Shown here one piece after another: positions 1-11,729 of a DNA stretch of 64,000 nt. Origin of the DNA: Vitrella brassicaformis CCMP3155 (Eukaryota > Protista > Chromerida); NCBI GenBank assembly GCA_001179505.1, contig CDMY01000887.1:1-64000 (forward strand), written 5' to 3'. Below the pieces are notes generated by a model that saw nothing but the letters and a program-made list of their open reading frames with translations, was not told the origin of the DNA and searched no databases. The position numbers and the translations under genes were made by a program. Numbering within the stretch: position 1 is the first letter of the stretch; each line of letters starts with the position of its first letter.

Positions 1-550
1 GGGCTCCCTCTCGCACTCCCTCTCGCACTCGCAGCCTGCCCTCGCGAGTGCGAGCCGCCGGGCGATCCTTGGCCCAGATGCCGGGCTCGCGTTGATGGCG
101 CGTCCACGTCAGCGTGTGGACGCGCATTGTGGTGTTGATGATGTTTTGGTTTTTTCCCACCCGCCAGCTCCCCTCTGCGGAGGTTCCGCCTGGGCGTTGC
201 CCCAGGCCCTGAGCTGTGCAGGGCCCGGGGGCGTTTCTCACGGTGATCTGTCGCAAGGCGAGGTGAGAGTTACTCACCATCGCATTGCGACCCGGCATTC
301 GGCATCCGGCATCCGCATCCCCAGGACCAGCAGGAGACAGCCAACCCGCGGAGCGGGCGCGCAGCGATCGGGGATTCAGCGTGACGATGAGCCGTGCGTT
401 TACACTTTCCTGGCCAACAAAGCTGCAAGCTTTCTGGAGTTGCAAGGCGGCTGAAGTATTGTATTGCCAAAGGATAGCAGTCCACCCCACCCCATCCCAT
501 TACTGCCTAAAGGACCAGTGTGTTACCCAGCACCCGCCTGTCCTGTATAC

Positions 551-1615
551 ATGATGAAGGTCGTTTGCCGCATCCTCTTGGCTTCGTACGTCTTCTTCGC
601 CGCTGTGGCCGCTCCCACGCGCAGGTCGGTGTCAACTTCCATACACACATCCATCCATCCTTCCGCGCTGTGTGTGTTGTGTGTGCGTGTGTGCCACAGA
701 TCTCCCAGCACCAGCAGCAGCACCAGGGCCCTCCTGCAGCCATCAAACAGACGTAATCACCGTAGATCTGACCACAAGCTACGCCTCCTGCCCATTTTCT
801 GCCCTTTGATCCATCTGTCCATCTGTCAGAGGAGCCTGCGTCCTCCCAGCCGGCGGAGAGCACCGAAAGCAGCACCAGCAACAGCAGCGGGAGTGAGGAG
901 CTGGCGAGCAAGATGGAGAAGGACTTGGAGATGAACTTCAACAAGATCGCACCGTTCGGCAAAGAGGACACCGCGCAGGAACTGCAGGACCACGCCAGCA
1001 AGACACAGGTGGGTGGGTCAGGGGAGGGAGGAGGGAGGGAGGGAGGGAAGGATGTGTGTGTGTATGTGTGTGGTTTGGGTGTGGCTGTGGTCTCATTTCT
1101 GCTTGGCACTCAGGATGTGCTGGTTGATGCGGTCGAGAACGCAGAGGTGGCCGAGATCAAGCGGGCCGTATTCCGGTACTCTACAGAAGGGATACACTAT
1201 TCGACAGAGAAAGATCCACACACACACGCATGTGCTGTCTGTGTATGTGCAGCGCTCTGACGCGTCTTCGTGCTGCTACTATCAAGGAATTCGACACCAT
1301 CGCGCGGCTCCAGACACAGGTAAGCAGCGACAGACCAGACCGCACCGACCATGTGCCTTTCCTTCGCCCTACGTATGTGTGTGTGGTCGTGCGTCGGTCG
1401 CTGTGTGTTGTCTGTCAGTCTATCGACGCGTACAACGATGCCCACCACTACCGGGGGGAGAACCCACTCACACACCTACACGAGGACGAGGTGCGCACCA
1501 ACGAAGGAACGTGTGGAGCGTCGCATTCCATTCCACAGACAGCGCGTCACGTTCTCATCCGTGTGTGTGTGTGCAGCCGCCGGTTGAGACCGACAAGCTC
1601 AAGTCCTTCCACTAA
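551..1615 (+). CDS. Small secreted protein of unknown function (7 exons, ~150 aa)
   Basis: Exons 551-624, 700-752, 830-1008, 1114-1175, 1253-1319, 1419-1490 and 1577-1615 join in frame through GT-AG introns. They give a signal-peptide-like MMKVVCRILLASYVFFAAVAAP, a Ser-rich linker, then APFGKEDTAQELQDHASKTQDVLVDAVENAEVAEIKRAVFRALTRLRAATIKEFDTIARLQTQ...ETDKLKSFH*. Confidence 0.8.
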
Positions 1616-2329
1616 CCTGCTCACGCACCATACCAACCAACCATTACCACACACAGCCACACCTTACTTACGAACAAACACATCAACGGTCCCTCTCGTT
1701 AGCATCGCATCGCATACACGGCAATCCCCCTCCCTCTCTCCACACACAACACGGCTGGGCTGGGGTGCGTGCGGGTGGTCGTCAGCACCCCCTCCCACCT
1801 CCCACCTCTCTCTCTCTTTCTCTCTCTCTCTCTCTTGCGTGTGACTGCGTGTATGGGGGCGAGGGGAGCGGGGCAGGCTGCTCTAGGGAGTGACTGAATG
1901 TGTGTGTGCGTGTGTGCGTGTGTGGATCCATCCGTCGGTGGGGTGGTTGGCTAGGCTCTTGTATCCATTATCCATCGCATGAGACCCGTATTCAACCATG
2001 TGGTTGGCGAGTCGATAATCGATGCAGTCAGCATTGATATGTAATCACAGTCAGTCTGTCCACCAGCCACCGCACCCTACGTCCCTCTGCCCGATTTGAC
2101 CGCCATCTCAGTCATGAGATGAGAGAGCAGACATTAGAAGGCAGGGGGACAGACGCACACGAATGAAGTGCAAGTCTCTCTCACGCAGGCCGCGACATCA
2201 CACACACACACACACTCATACGAGTCCGTCGTTCCCTCTCCTCCCCTCCCCTCCCCCTTACACCTACAGACACACCTCTCCCCTCTATGCCCCACTCACA
2301 CCAACATCCGCTAAGCAGTCTTCTTCCCG

Positions 2330-5300
2330 TCACGCGATGTCAGCCCACGGGTCCCCCTCACACGCCTCCACCGCCTGAAACACCGACCGCATCCACCCCT
2401 TCACCGCCTCCATCCGACGCGCCTCATTCCGCTCCGTCACCTTCAGCCGCTCATGGTACCGCCAGAACGTCGCCTTGAGCGTCTCCGTGTCCATGTACTC
2501 GGTAATCTCCATCTCATCCGGCAGCGGCTCCTTCTCGTAGCCCAGCACATCCTCCTCGCTCATCTGGTCGCTCAGCTGGCGGTCGGCATCCGTGGCCGCC
2601 TGCCGCTTCTTGAGGTCACGCACCGCTGCCACCACCCTGCCGACCAGCTCCTCCGTCTGACGGTGCCTCTCTGCCGCGGCAGCGAGCCCGGCAGCCCATG
2701 TGTCGTCGAATTGCGTGCTGTCCTGGGGGATGGGAGGGGGGTTGGGGGGAGGGGGCAGGTTGGCGACGGCTGGGAGGGCGGAGGCGTATGCCTGGAGCGT
2801 CTTGGGTCCCGCCCCGAACTGCTTCATGCACTTGACCAACTCGCCGTAAGGGCCCTCCTCGCTGATGTCCACTTCCATCGCCTGCCCGGCCTCCCCCTCC
2901 CCCTCCCCCTCTCCCTCTCCCTCTCCCTTGACCTTGACCTCGTCCGTGGCTGGGGCCATCGACACATCGGTTGGCGGCTGCTTTTGCCGCTCCGCGGGTG
3001 TGGGGGTAAGCGAAGGGATGACGGGGGGCTGTGAGGGGGCGGCAGCTGCAGCGGCAGCTGCTGGCACCGCAGTGGGTGGTGCAGGTGCCGACATGTCTTC
3101 CTGGGGCTTCTCTGTGCCTGCCGCTTCGACCTTCACCTCGTCCTTCTTCTCCTCTATCTCCATCGCCGTCGTCCCCTCGGCAGCGTGCTCGGCCTTCTCT
3201 TCGGCCACCATGCCCTCCTGTTGCTGCTGCCGCTGCTGCTGCTGCTGGGCCTCCTCTGTCTTGTGCTTGACCGCCAGTGGTGCGGCCTTCTCGGGCACAG
3301 GTGGTGTCTTCTTGGGCTCGGGTGCGGCCGGGGGGGATGCCTCTTCTTTGACGACGGCAGCAGCTGCTGCAGCTGCACTGGCGGCAGCTTGTGTGGGAGA
3401 GGTGGTGGTGACGGTCTTCTTTTTCTTCTTCTTGGGCGGAGGGGCCGCAGGAGGCACCGACTCACCACCACCAGCAGCACCAGCACCAGCACCAGCCGCA
3501 GCACTGCTGCTGCTTGCGGCATCAGCCATCCCCTTGTCCGCACCGGCCTCCTCCTCGTGTGGCCTCTTCTTCTCGCCCTTTCCGCCAGCCTTGGCTGCTG
3601 GGGCTGCTGGGGATGCTAGTGGTGGCGCCTTCTTGGGGAACGATGGGGGCGGCTTGAGCCGCTGGCCGGGCTTCTTGGCTTCGGGCGAGGCCTCCTTGGC
3701 GGCTGGTGGAGAGACCTGCTTTGCTGGCGTCACCACTGCAGGGGCAGAGGCCGAGGAGGGCTGCTGCTTGGGTGCAGTGGGCTGGGCGGGCTGGGCTGTG
3801 GTCTTGGGCTGCGGCGCCTTGAGCTCGGGCACGGCAGCCGGTGCTGAGGCTGCTTTGGCACTCTTCCCAGAGCCCACACTATCACCTGACAGGCGGAACA
3901 CCAAGATGCCATGCAGACACACACAGGTCATTGTGATGCTCACCAGCAACCCACCCCTCTCTCTGCATTCACTTACCACTTTTCTGACGCAGCTGTCTGC
4001 CGGTCTTGGCCTTCGGGACGACAGGTGGGGCCTTGGGATGCTGGCTGGCAGCGCTCGAAGCACTGGCAGCAGCTGCAGCTGCTGGTGCTGCTGCTGGTGC
4101 AGGGGGCGCTTGTGCGGCGCCGGCACTGGACGGGGAGGCATCGAGTGGCGACTGCGACCTCTTCCGCTTGGTCTTGGCCTTGTCCTTGGCTGCACTCTTC
4201 CTCTTGGCCGCATGCTTGGGTGAGGGGGCACCTGCTGCCGTGGGGGACGCGCCGGGCGATGCCTTCGAGAGGCCGCCAGCGGACTTCTGACGCGCTGGCG
4301 CGTAGAAGATGATGTGAATGCACAGACACAGAGGTGACGGATGCCCGAGTTGGTGTTGGTGATGGTTGATTTCCGTGTGCATGAGGTCTCCTCACCTGGT
4401 GGTGCTTTCGCGTCGGAGAAGGTTCTTGGCAGTGGCGGCTTGCCTGCCGCCTTCGACGCGCTTTCGCCACCGATACCCATCCCCTGCACACGGGCAGACA
4501 GCCGTGCATGGCTTGTGCCAAGTGTCGGGAGGCTGGATATGCGCACCTACCTGTGCGGCAGCAGCTTTTGCCTTGGCCTTGGTCTTGGGTCGAGACGCCA
4601 CAATGTCGGCCTCGCCCGCGTGCCCCTGACCCTCGGCGGCCACCCCTCGCTGCACACAACAACGCACAGAGAGTGAGTGATAGTGGATGCACCCGATGCC
4701 TCCCTCTCCCTCTCTCTCTCTTCCTTACCCTCCTGCCCGCAGCGGCACTAATCGCAATCTGTCCCAGCGCTACCCCGAACAGCCCTCTCGCCCGACCCTT
4801 CGAATCATCGGCTTTGCCGTGTCGCCTCTCGGCAGCCTTGGCCGCCGCCTCACCCCTCTGCTCACCCGGCTCACCCTCGTCCCTCTCCTCACCCGGAATA
4901 CGAGCCTGACCTCGACGCAGAGGCGGCTCCAGCGGCATGGGGATGGGGGGAAGACCGCCTCCTGCTGCTGCTGCTGCTGCTGCCGCTGCTGGCGTGGGTA
5001 GTAGTGGTGGTGCAGCAGATGGTTCAGCAGTCGACAGAGGTGGCGTCGCGCCGGTCTTGCCGGCCCTCAGCTTCGACTTCAGCGCCTCCAATCGAAGCTG
5101 GTCGGGTGTGGGCGATTGGCTCCGCTGCACATCGACCGCACCGCTGCTTGGACTCCCACCGCCAGGCTGGGCGGATGATGTCGCTGGCGGCACCGGCAGA
5201 CCCGACGAAGGGAGGGCTCCCGCGCTCTCGGGCTGTGTCATGTGGGGCCTCGGTGACAGCCGCACATGCGCCGATGCCTTCGGCCGCAGGACGGGCGCGG

Positions 5301-5577
5301 GTGAGCCTTGCGGGGAGGCCTGCAGGACGGGTGGCGACCCTCCATGCTGCTGATGCTGGAAGGGGTCGAACTGCGAGATCGCAGGTACCTCCATATCATA
5401 GTAGGACACCGGTGGGCGGCCACCTGGTCCAGGCGGGGGAGGGGGAGGGTGGTCCTGAGGTGTCTGGTGGGAGGGGGCGTTGGGCCCTGGGGTGAGTGTG
5501 GCCGACCCCACCGGATAGAAGGACATCCCTCGGCCTCCGCCGCGGCCACCGCGGCCACGCTGATGCGGATGAGACAT
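2330..5577 (-). CDS. Large Pro/Ala/Lys-rich low-complexity protein with helical C-terminal region, function unknown
   Basis: ATG at 5577 (MSHPHQRGRGG...). Long open frames 3973-5661 and 2330-4546 are linked by introns near 4650-4740, 4300-4360 and 3890-3985. Ends ...EACEGDPWADIA* at 2330. No family recognised. Confidence 0.65.
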
Positions 5578-5907
5578 AGTGAGCAAACAGCTTGTAATCA
5601 AATCAATCACTTCACCAACAGGAGGCCTGAACACACAAGCAGCGGGGCAAACGACACACACGAGGAGATGCGGTCACGACGATGCATGCCGAAAGGATTG
5701 CGTGTCTGCCATCCTTGCCCTTCCTCGTCGTGTCTGTCCCGTGTTCCTCACCTGCGGTCCTCACGAAGCTCTGCTTCAAACAAGTTCGCAACACGTCGTT
5801 TAAGAACGCCCGCCAACAGCTGCTGGCAGTCGTGGGCAGATGGCGTGAACAACGGCCAGACTAGCGGGGAAACACATTACTCCGCTGCCTCTAAGCTCGC
5901 ATAATGC

Positions 5908-5936
5908 AGCCTAGGGTGCTGCCTGTAACCGCTGCT
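5908..5936 (+). promoter_or_regulatory. Candidate promoter motif, copy 1 (AGCCTAGGGTGCTGCCTGTAACCGCTGCT)
   Basis: 27/29 identical to 31166-31194. Both copies lie in short intergenic spacers between divergently transcribed genes. Confidence 0.45.
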
Positions 5937-6061
5937 GGCGGCGCATGCGGGGGAGAACAGGAAAGGATAGGAAGGGCTTGTGCTGCTGATGCTGCCGTGT
6001 GTCGAAGAAAGGCGAAGCGCCTGCCTGACATCGTGTGTCTGATCTGCTCCTCTGCTTATCT

Positions 6062-8353
6062 ATGATGCGTCGGCGAAAGGAGCCCGACGAGGCCTCTCTG
6101 CAGGCAGAATCTGATGAGCCTCCCTCGCCGCAGAACGCCCTTAAGTCGCCGCGAGAGATCTACAAGGAGTGGGCGCGGGAGCAGCCCGACCGGTTCCGGC
6201 TGCCGGCCGACTTCCAGGTGCACGAGAAGCCCCGGCAGATCATCTACGGCTATGCCTTCTGTGCGGTGCTGCTTTATCTGGGTTTCTACGCGCGGCCGCC
6301 GGCGACGCAGACGGGCGTGCTGAGGTATGCGCTGGGCGGCGTGCTGGCCAGTGTCGTCCTCTACTCGTTCCTGCAGGTACGGCTCGGCTCATGAAGGGTG
6401 TAATGTGGTGTGGTGGATGGGCAAGGTGGTGCAAGCGGAGTGGGTGATGGTCCGTATGTGTGTGGGTTCAGACTCGTGACGGGTTGCTTGTGCGGCCGCA
6501 TCCGGCCTTCTGGCGGTGTGTGCACGGCGTCTGCCTCTTCCACTGGTTCTTCGTCATCGCTCTACTGCTGCTGGTGCGAGAGATCGCAGGCCAAAGAGAG
6601 AGGACGGCGTGAATGGCTGGTTGCCTGCCTGTTCATCTGGGCGGGCATTCTTATGTGTGTGTATGAGTGCAGACACCTGACCAGGGGCGCGAGTTGATGT
6701 ATCTCATCTTCCCCGGGACGAGGCCTGACCCATCGCGGCGCAAGAATGTCTTCGATGTGAGTGGCGGACTGAGCCAGAGAGAGAGAGAGAGAGAGAGAAG
6801 CCCGCGAAATGCACTTCTCACTGTCTGTCCATGTGTGTGTGTGTGTGTGTGTAGGGCACGTTGGAGATCGACTGCCGCATCAATCTGTCGACAGTCATCC
6901 GTCAGATCCAGACGCCATGGTTCACCTCCCACATCATCGGCTGGTTCCTCAAGGTCAGCAGTACCTGACCGACCCCACACCTCCCCCCCTCGTGTGTCTG
7001 TGGATGGATGGATGGACGGATGGATGGATGAATGTTGGGTCGCAGATGTTGATGTATCGTGACTGGAAGTTTTGTCTTGTGCTGAGCACCATGTACGAGC
7101 TGTGCGAGCTGTCCTTCCAGTGGCTCATCCCCGAGTTCCAGGAGTGCTGGTGGGACAGCATTCTCATGGACTCCATCGGCGCCAACCTCATCGGCATGAC
7201 CCTCGGCGTCGGCCTCCTCAGGTCAGGCTAGATCCTCACTCGAAGCGCGTGAAGAGTGTAGTGTGTCCATGGTGTGTGTGTGTGTGTGTGTGTGTGTTTA
7301 GGTGGATGAACGCGTGGGAGTTCGATTGGGTCGGCCAGCGGCCGCTTTATCAGCGCGCCCTGCTGCAGTTCACGCCATTCTCCTGGTCAGAGTACCAGTG
7401 GGCTTTCTTCAAGTCGCCAGACCGGCTGCTCGCGGTGAGTCTAGTGAAGTCAAGGCAGGTCAAGTGGCAGAAACACAACACGAGCCGGACAGGCAGACGT
7501 GTGTCGGTTGGCTTGTCAACCAGGCATTATGGCTGCTGGCGATGTCGCTGCTGACGGAGCTGAATGTGTTCTTCTTTATGTACTCGCTGGAGCTGCCGGC
7601 CAGCCACTTCATCCACCCTCTCAGATGCATCTATATCTGCCTTCTCGCACTCGTGAGTCACACAAACAGACACACAGAGGGGGAGAGAGATAGAGGGAGG
7701 GAGGACCAAGCCGCGCGCCATTCATGTCATGTGTGTGTCATGACATGACTGGGTCAGAATGCGGTGCCCGAGCACTATGAGTACATGAACACCCACGGCA
7801 AGCGCATCGGCCACAACGAGTGGCTGCTGGGGGGAATCATCACCGTCGAGTGCCTCGTCAACGTCAAATACGGCGCATCCAAGTCAGTCAAGAGATGGAC
7901 ACACAGACAGACAGACAGACATTGCCTGTCCCTCTGGCGCATCATGTTGATCAGGTGGGCGAGCATCGTGCCTCCTCTCGGCGTGTGTGTGCCCTGGTGC
8001 GTGTCGCTGGTGCTCTTCCTCATCTGGTGCACATGCCACTTCGCCACGTGCGAGAGAGACGTGTTCGAGGGCATCAAGCAGCCGCTGACCCAGACACACA
8101 CACAAAACAGCGCCCAGCAGAATGGAGCATGCCACCAACACTCAGCAGCCGAGAAGGGGTGCTCTTCGCAACAAGTAGGTCAAGAGAGATGGACAGAACG
8201 AGGTGCCTTGATGGTGGATGCCTCTGCTTTGCTGTGTGATGGTTAAAACAGGCGGGCTGGCACTACGGTGTTGCGAGGGCGGTTGCGCGTGTGCCGCCGC
8301 TGCTGGTGTTCTCGCCCCTGGTGTACCTGTTCAAGTACTACGACTACACATGA
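6062..8353 (+). CDS. PSS: Phosphatidylserine synthase, base-exchange type (PSS/PTDSS family), multi-exon
   Basis: Exons encode WFTSHIIGWFLK, LSTMYELCELSFQWLIPEFQECWWDSILMDSIGANLIG (family ECWWD motif), LLQFTPFSWSEYQW and LTELNVFFFMY, with several TM segments. Ends LVYLFKYYDYT*. Confidence 0.9.
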
Positions 8354-8873
8354 CCACACGAGTGGCCACGTATGTGTCCCACCCAGGAAGCCAGCCGACA
8401 CAGCGAGAGGGGTGGGTGGCAGAGGATCGGCTGCCTGGTTTTGCGGTGATATAAGTCCAGACAGACAGACAGACAGATAGATAAGGGAAGGCATTTTCTA
8501 GTGAAGAAGATGGTTCACGGTTGCCTGCCGTGTGCTTGTCTAAAGTTGGCTCGTCTCCGTGTGTGTGATTGGGAGTGGCTGTCTGGCCGTACGAATGGTG
8601 GCCTTGCGGCGACAGACAGTTTGGATTAAACCAGACTGGCTTTCACCACTCGACCACCGTCCTGCCCCCCAATCAGCCATCCCATTACTCCGACCCGTGT
8701 GCATCATGATATGAATTCGCTGTTCGAGGACTGCATGAATAGACTGATTCGATATTCGTTTCATGACAATGAGGATCGACTTCATTTTCGCATCATCCGG
8801 TGTCTTTGCACACGTGCCATCCTCCTCTCGAGCACAGACATCACTGGAGTAGTGGGTAGATATGGCTGCTTAG

Positions 8874-9923
8874 CTAGTTCCCTCCCCCTCTCTCGAACAA
8901 ATCAGTTGCAGCTTTGAGTATGGCCCCACTGCTGTCAAAGCCAATGACGTATCCCTCCCCCCAGCCCACACACTCGCCCAGCCCCGCACTCTCCACCACC
9001 TCCCTCGCCTTGGCTGAAATAATTGCACGCACATCCCGATGACTCCCAGTCCCCTCCCAATACACATTGCAGGCCAGCTCGTAAAGGGGAGATGGCCCAC
9101 TGGGGACAGCCGGCAGCCGCAATGGCACACGAGTGCCGTCAGCTCCGAAGAACACCCCCTCAGCGGCAGCGGTGCTGTCGTCATTCTCATGCCGGCCCTG
9201 ATTGCCGTGGTCGAGAATGAGCGCATGGACGCCGTGAAGCCCTCCCCGCTTCTCTCTCACGCCGAGCATCGCATCCTTGACGCGGCGGAGGATTGCTGCA
9301 TCATTCGACTTGACAGTGAAGGGCAGGTTGAAGGCCGTGAACCACGGGACGGCGCCGACCACTGCCACACCGGTGCGGGGATCCCACACAGAAGGACCGA
9401 AGTCACTGCAGAGAGGCTGGTCTTGATCAGCCGCATCATGGCTGAAGTAGCGCCTTGTTCGTCTTCGTGCGTCGACCAGGGTGCCATAGACAGGAGCGCC
9501 GTACATGAACACGGGAATGCCGCACTCTTCACCAAGTGCTTTCCCAACCGCCTGTGCGTGCGCCAGCGCGTCACCGAGAGTGCTGTCGCCCAGCGGGTGG
9601 ACAGAGATGTGGTCAATCAGGCCCACACGCGGATGAGTGGCCTGGTGACCCTCCAGGCTGAGATGCTTCCACAGATAGCGGGACGCCTGCAGGACGCCCC
9701 CCAGCAGCTCAGGCGAGTGCCTCTGGTCTTTGTGCGTATCAGCTGCAGTTGGCTGAGCCACGAGAGGTGCTGCGAGAAGGAAGCTGCTCCTGTTGTAGAT
9801 GGCGTCTTTGAAGTGAAAGAGCAGGGCGGCCCGATGAGAAGTTAGGTGGGTCTGCACTTGGGCGAGGACCGCAGCGCTGTGCGCCTCAGAGATGAAGACG
9901 TTGCACGCCAGATAGCGACGCAT
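8874..9923 (-). CDS. Glutamate formiminotransferase-like protein (FTCD N-terminal domains, plant-like stand-alone type), intronless
   Basis: Single 349-aa ORF with CNVFISE, YNRSSF, HPRVGLIDHISVHPL, GIPVFMYG, DFGP and GVAVVGAVPWFTAFNLP, all motifs of the formiminotransferase family. Confidence 0.85.
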   Translation of the reverse strand: MRRYLACNVFISEAHSAAVLAQVQTHLTSHRAALLFHFKDAIYNRSSFLLAAPLVAQPTAADTHKDQRHSPELLGGVLQASRYLWKHLSLEGHQATHPRVGLIDHISVHPLGDSTLGDALAHAQAVGKALGEECGIPVFMYGAPVYGTLVDARRRTRRYFSHDAADQDQPLCSDFGPSVWDPRTGVAVVGAVPWFTAFNLPFTVKSNDAAILRRVKDAMLGVREKRGGLHGVHALILDHGNQGRHENDDSTAAAEGVFFGADGTRVPLRLPAVPSGPSPLYELACNVYWEGTGSHRDVRAIISAKAREVVESAGLGECVGWGEGYVIGFDSSGAILKAATDLFERGGGN

Positions 9924-10468
9924 CTTTCAGATCACCCTGAACAAGCAGACACATGGGACGCCGAGCAGTGAAGCATGAGATCTCTGTGACTCAGTCTTCT
10001 TACAGATCTTATGCTCGACGTTTTCGTTAGTCCTCAGACGTTGATCAAGGCAGTGGAGTTCACGACCCCCCAAAAGCACCACCTGGGGGAGTGCTCTAGG
10101 CTACTTGTTTTCCGTGTGTTCGCCCGATCGCTTCTTCCGGGGTTGCCAATCGACCGACATAAAGAAAAAATCGGCCGAAAAAAAGGCTAACACAAACACG
10201 GAAAAGACGCCAGAAAAGCGCATGCAGCCCCCACCCCCCCTCCGACGCTGCTCCTCCTTCACTGGAGGAGCAGCGTCGGAGGTCTCATAAAGGCCCCTCA
10301 CGCACAACGGCGAACAGAGCTCGGGTGAGAAACACACAGCATGGCGATACAAAGCAGACTTACCTCGTCATTCTTGTCATGTATGTGTGCCAGATCAATA
10401 GCTAGAGAGCGTTGGAGGTAGGAGGACTGTCAGCCTCTTGAGTAGCCAGAGCAGCGTCAGGTGAGATC

Positions 10469-11064
10469 ATGATCACCCAGATATTACTGTCTTCTGTCAG
10501 CTGTGAGTCTGCTCACAGCAGTGAACTGCTTGGATGGCGTAGGTTTCGTACGGACGGTCGGTCGGTCACTGCCCAAGGTGCGAGACGGTGTGTTTCATGG
10601 CCAATCGGCGTGCATATGAGACAGACGTTCCAAGAAACATTCACGGCCGAACAGAGAACGACAGAGGACCCAGACGGGCATGTAGAAGAGAATACAGGCA
10701 ACTCTATGACAAACACGTACAAAAAAATGTAAGGACACGCAACAGAAACCATCGATTGTCTACAGGCCAAGACACCGAAGCATCTGGACATGCACATCGT
10801 ATCAAATCACACGCAAAAAGGTGAGAACAGTCCTGGCGATCAATAGAGAGACACATACAGCACAGGCATGAATGCAGACAGAGCATGAGCATTGCAAGAC
10901 GACAGAACGACAAGCAGGACAGCTAACAGTAAACCGATACATATACACATGCACTGTACACACATACTCAGTCGGCTCTGGGGAAGCTCCTCAAGAGCGT
11001 GGCCCCCAACAAACTCGACATCAAGAAGGCCAAGGACATCAAGAAGAAGCTGGACAAGAAGTAA
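10469..11064 (+). CDS. Putative small basic protein (~105 aa, 3 exons), unknown function
   Basis: GT-AG-compatible exons give MITQILLSSVSCESAHSSELLGWRR-CETVCFMANRRAYETDVPRN...RRACRREYRQLYDKHVQKN-SALGKLLKSVAPNKLDIKKAKDIKKKLDKK*. Start codon uncertain. Confidence 0.4.
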
Positions 11065-11729
11065 TTCCACACACACACACACACACACACACATGTCCCC
11101 TCCTCGGTCATTTTGTGTTGACGCCCTGACCCCATCGTTTTAGTCTGCACCTCCCGGCCACACCACACCTGCTCTGCCTCTTCATGTTTGTTTGTGCTGC
11201 GCTGTGCTGTGCTTTGCTGTGTTGGGCTGTCTGCTCGTCCTCGTGCCTGTTTCATGCTGCGTGCGTTCTCTGCCTGCTCTCTGCCTGTTCGTGTTCGTGT
11301 CCTGCTTCATGCTGCGTATTGGTCACCCTACACCACACACACACACACACACAAAACTCATGACCTGTGATGCGCCGTGCCTTTTCTTTATTCAAGCCAC
11401 TCACTCACCTTCATGCTGTTCCATGATGGGATGCTTCATGTATGTGGACACACCTCCCCATTCTCCTTAACAGCGCTGTCACCTGTGGGGGTCGTGCATC
11501 GCGCTCAGCTCGCTGGGCGCCTTACTTGTGTGTTTACGTTGCGAGCGGGGGGGGACGTTTTGACCTTCTGTGCCCCACCGCCTTCTTGATTGAGCGGATT
11601 CGGGGAATGGTTGAAGGCTGATTCGCTTCATTGCGTCAGATCGGTAGGTCGCCTGCCTTCCACAAGCAAAGCGATTCATTCACACACATCATTCACAGCG
11701 CCTGTGTGTGTTGGCGTCCTTCCTTGTCA

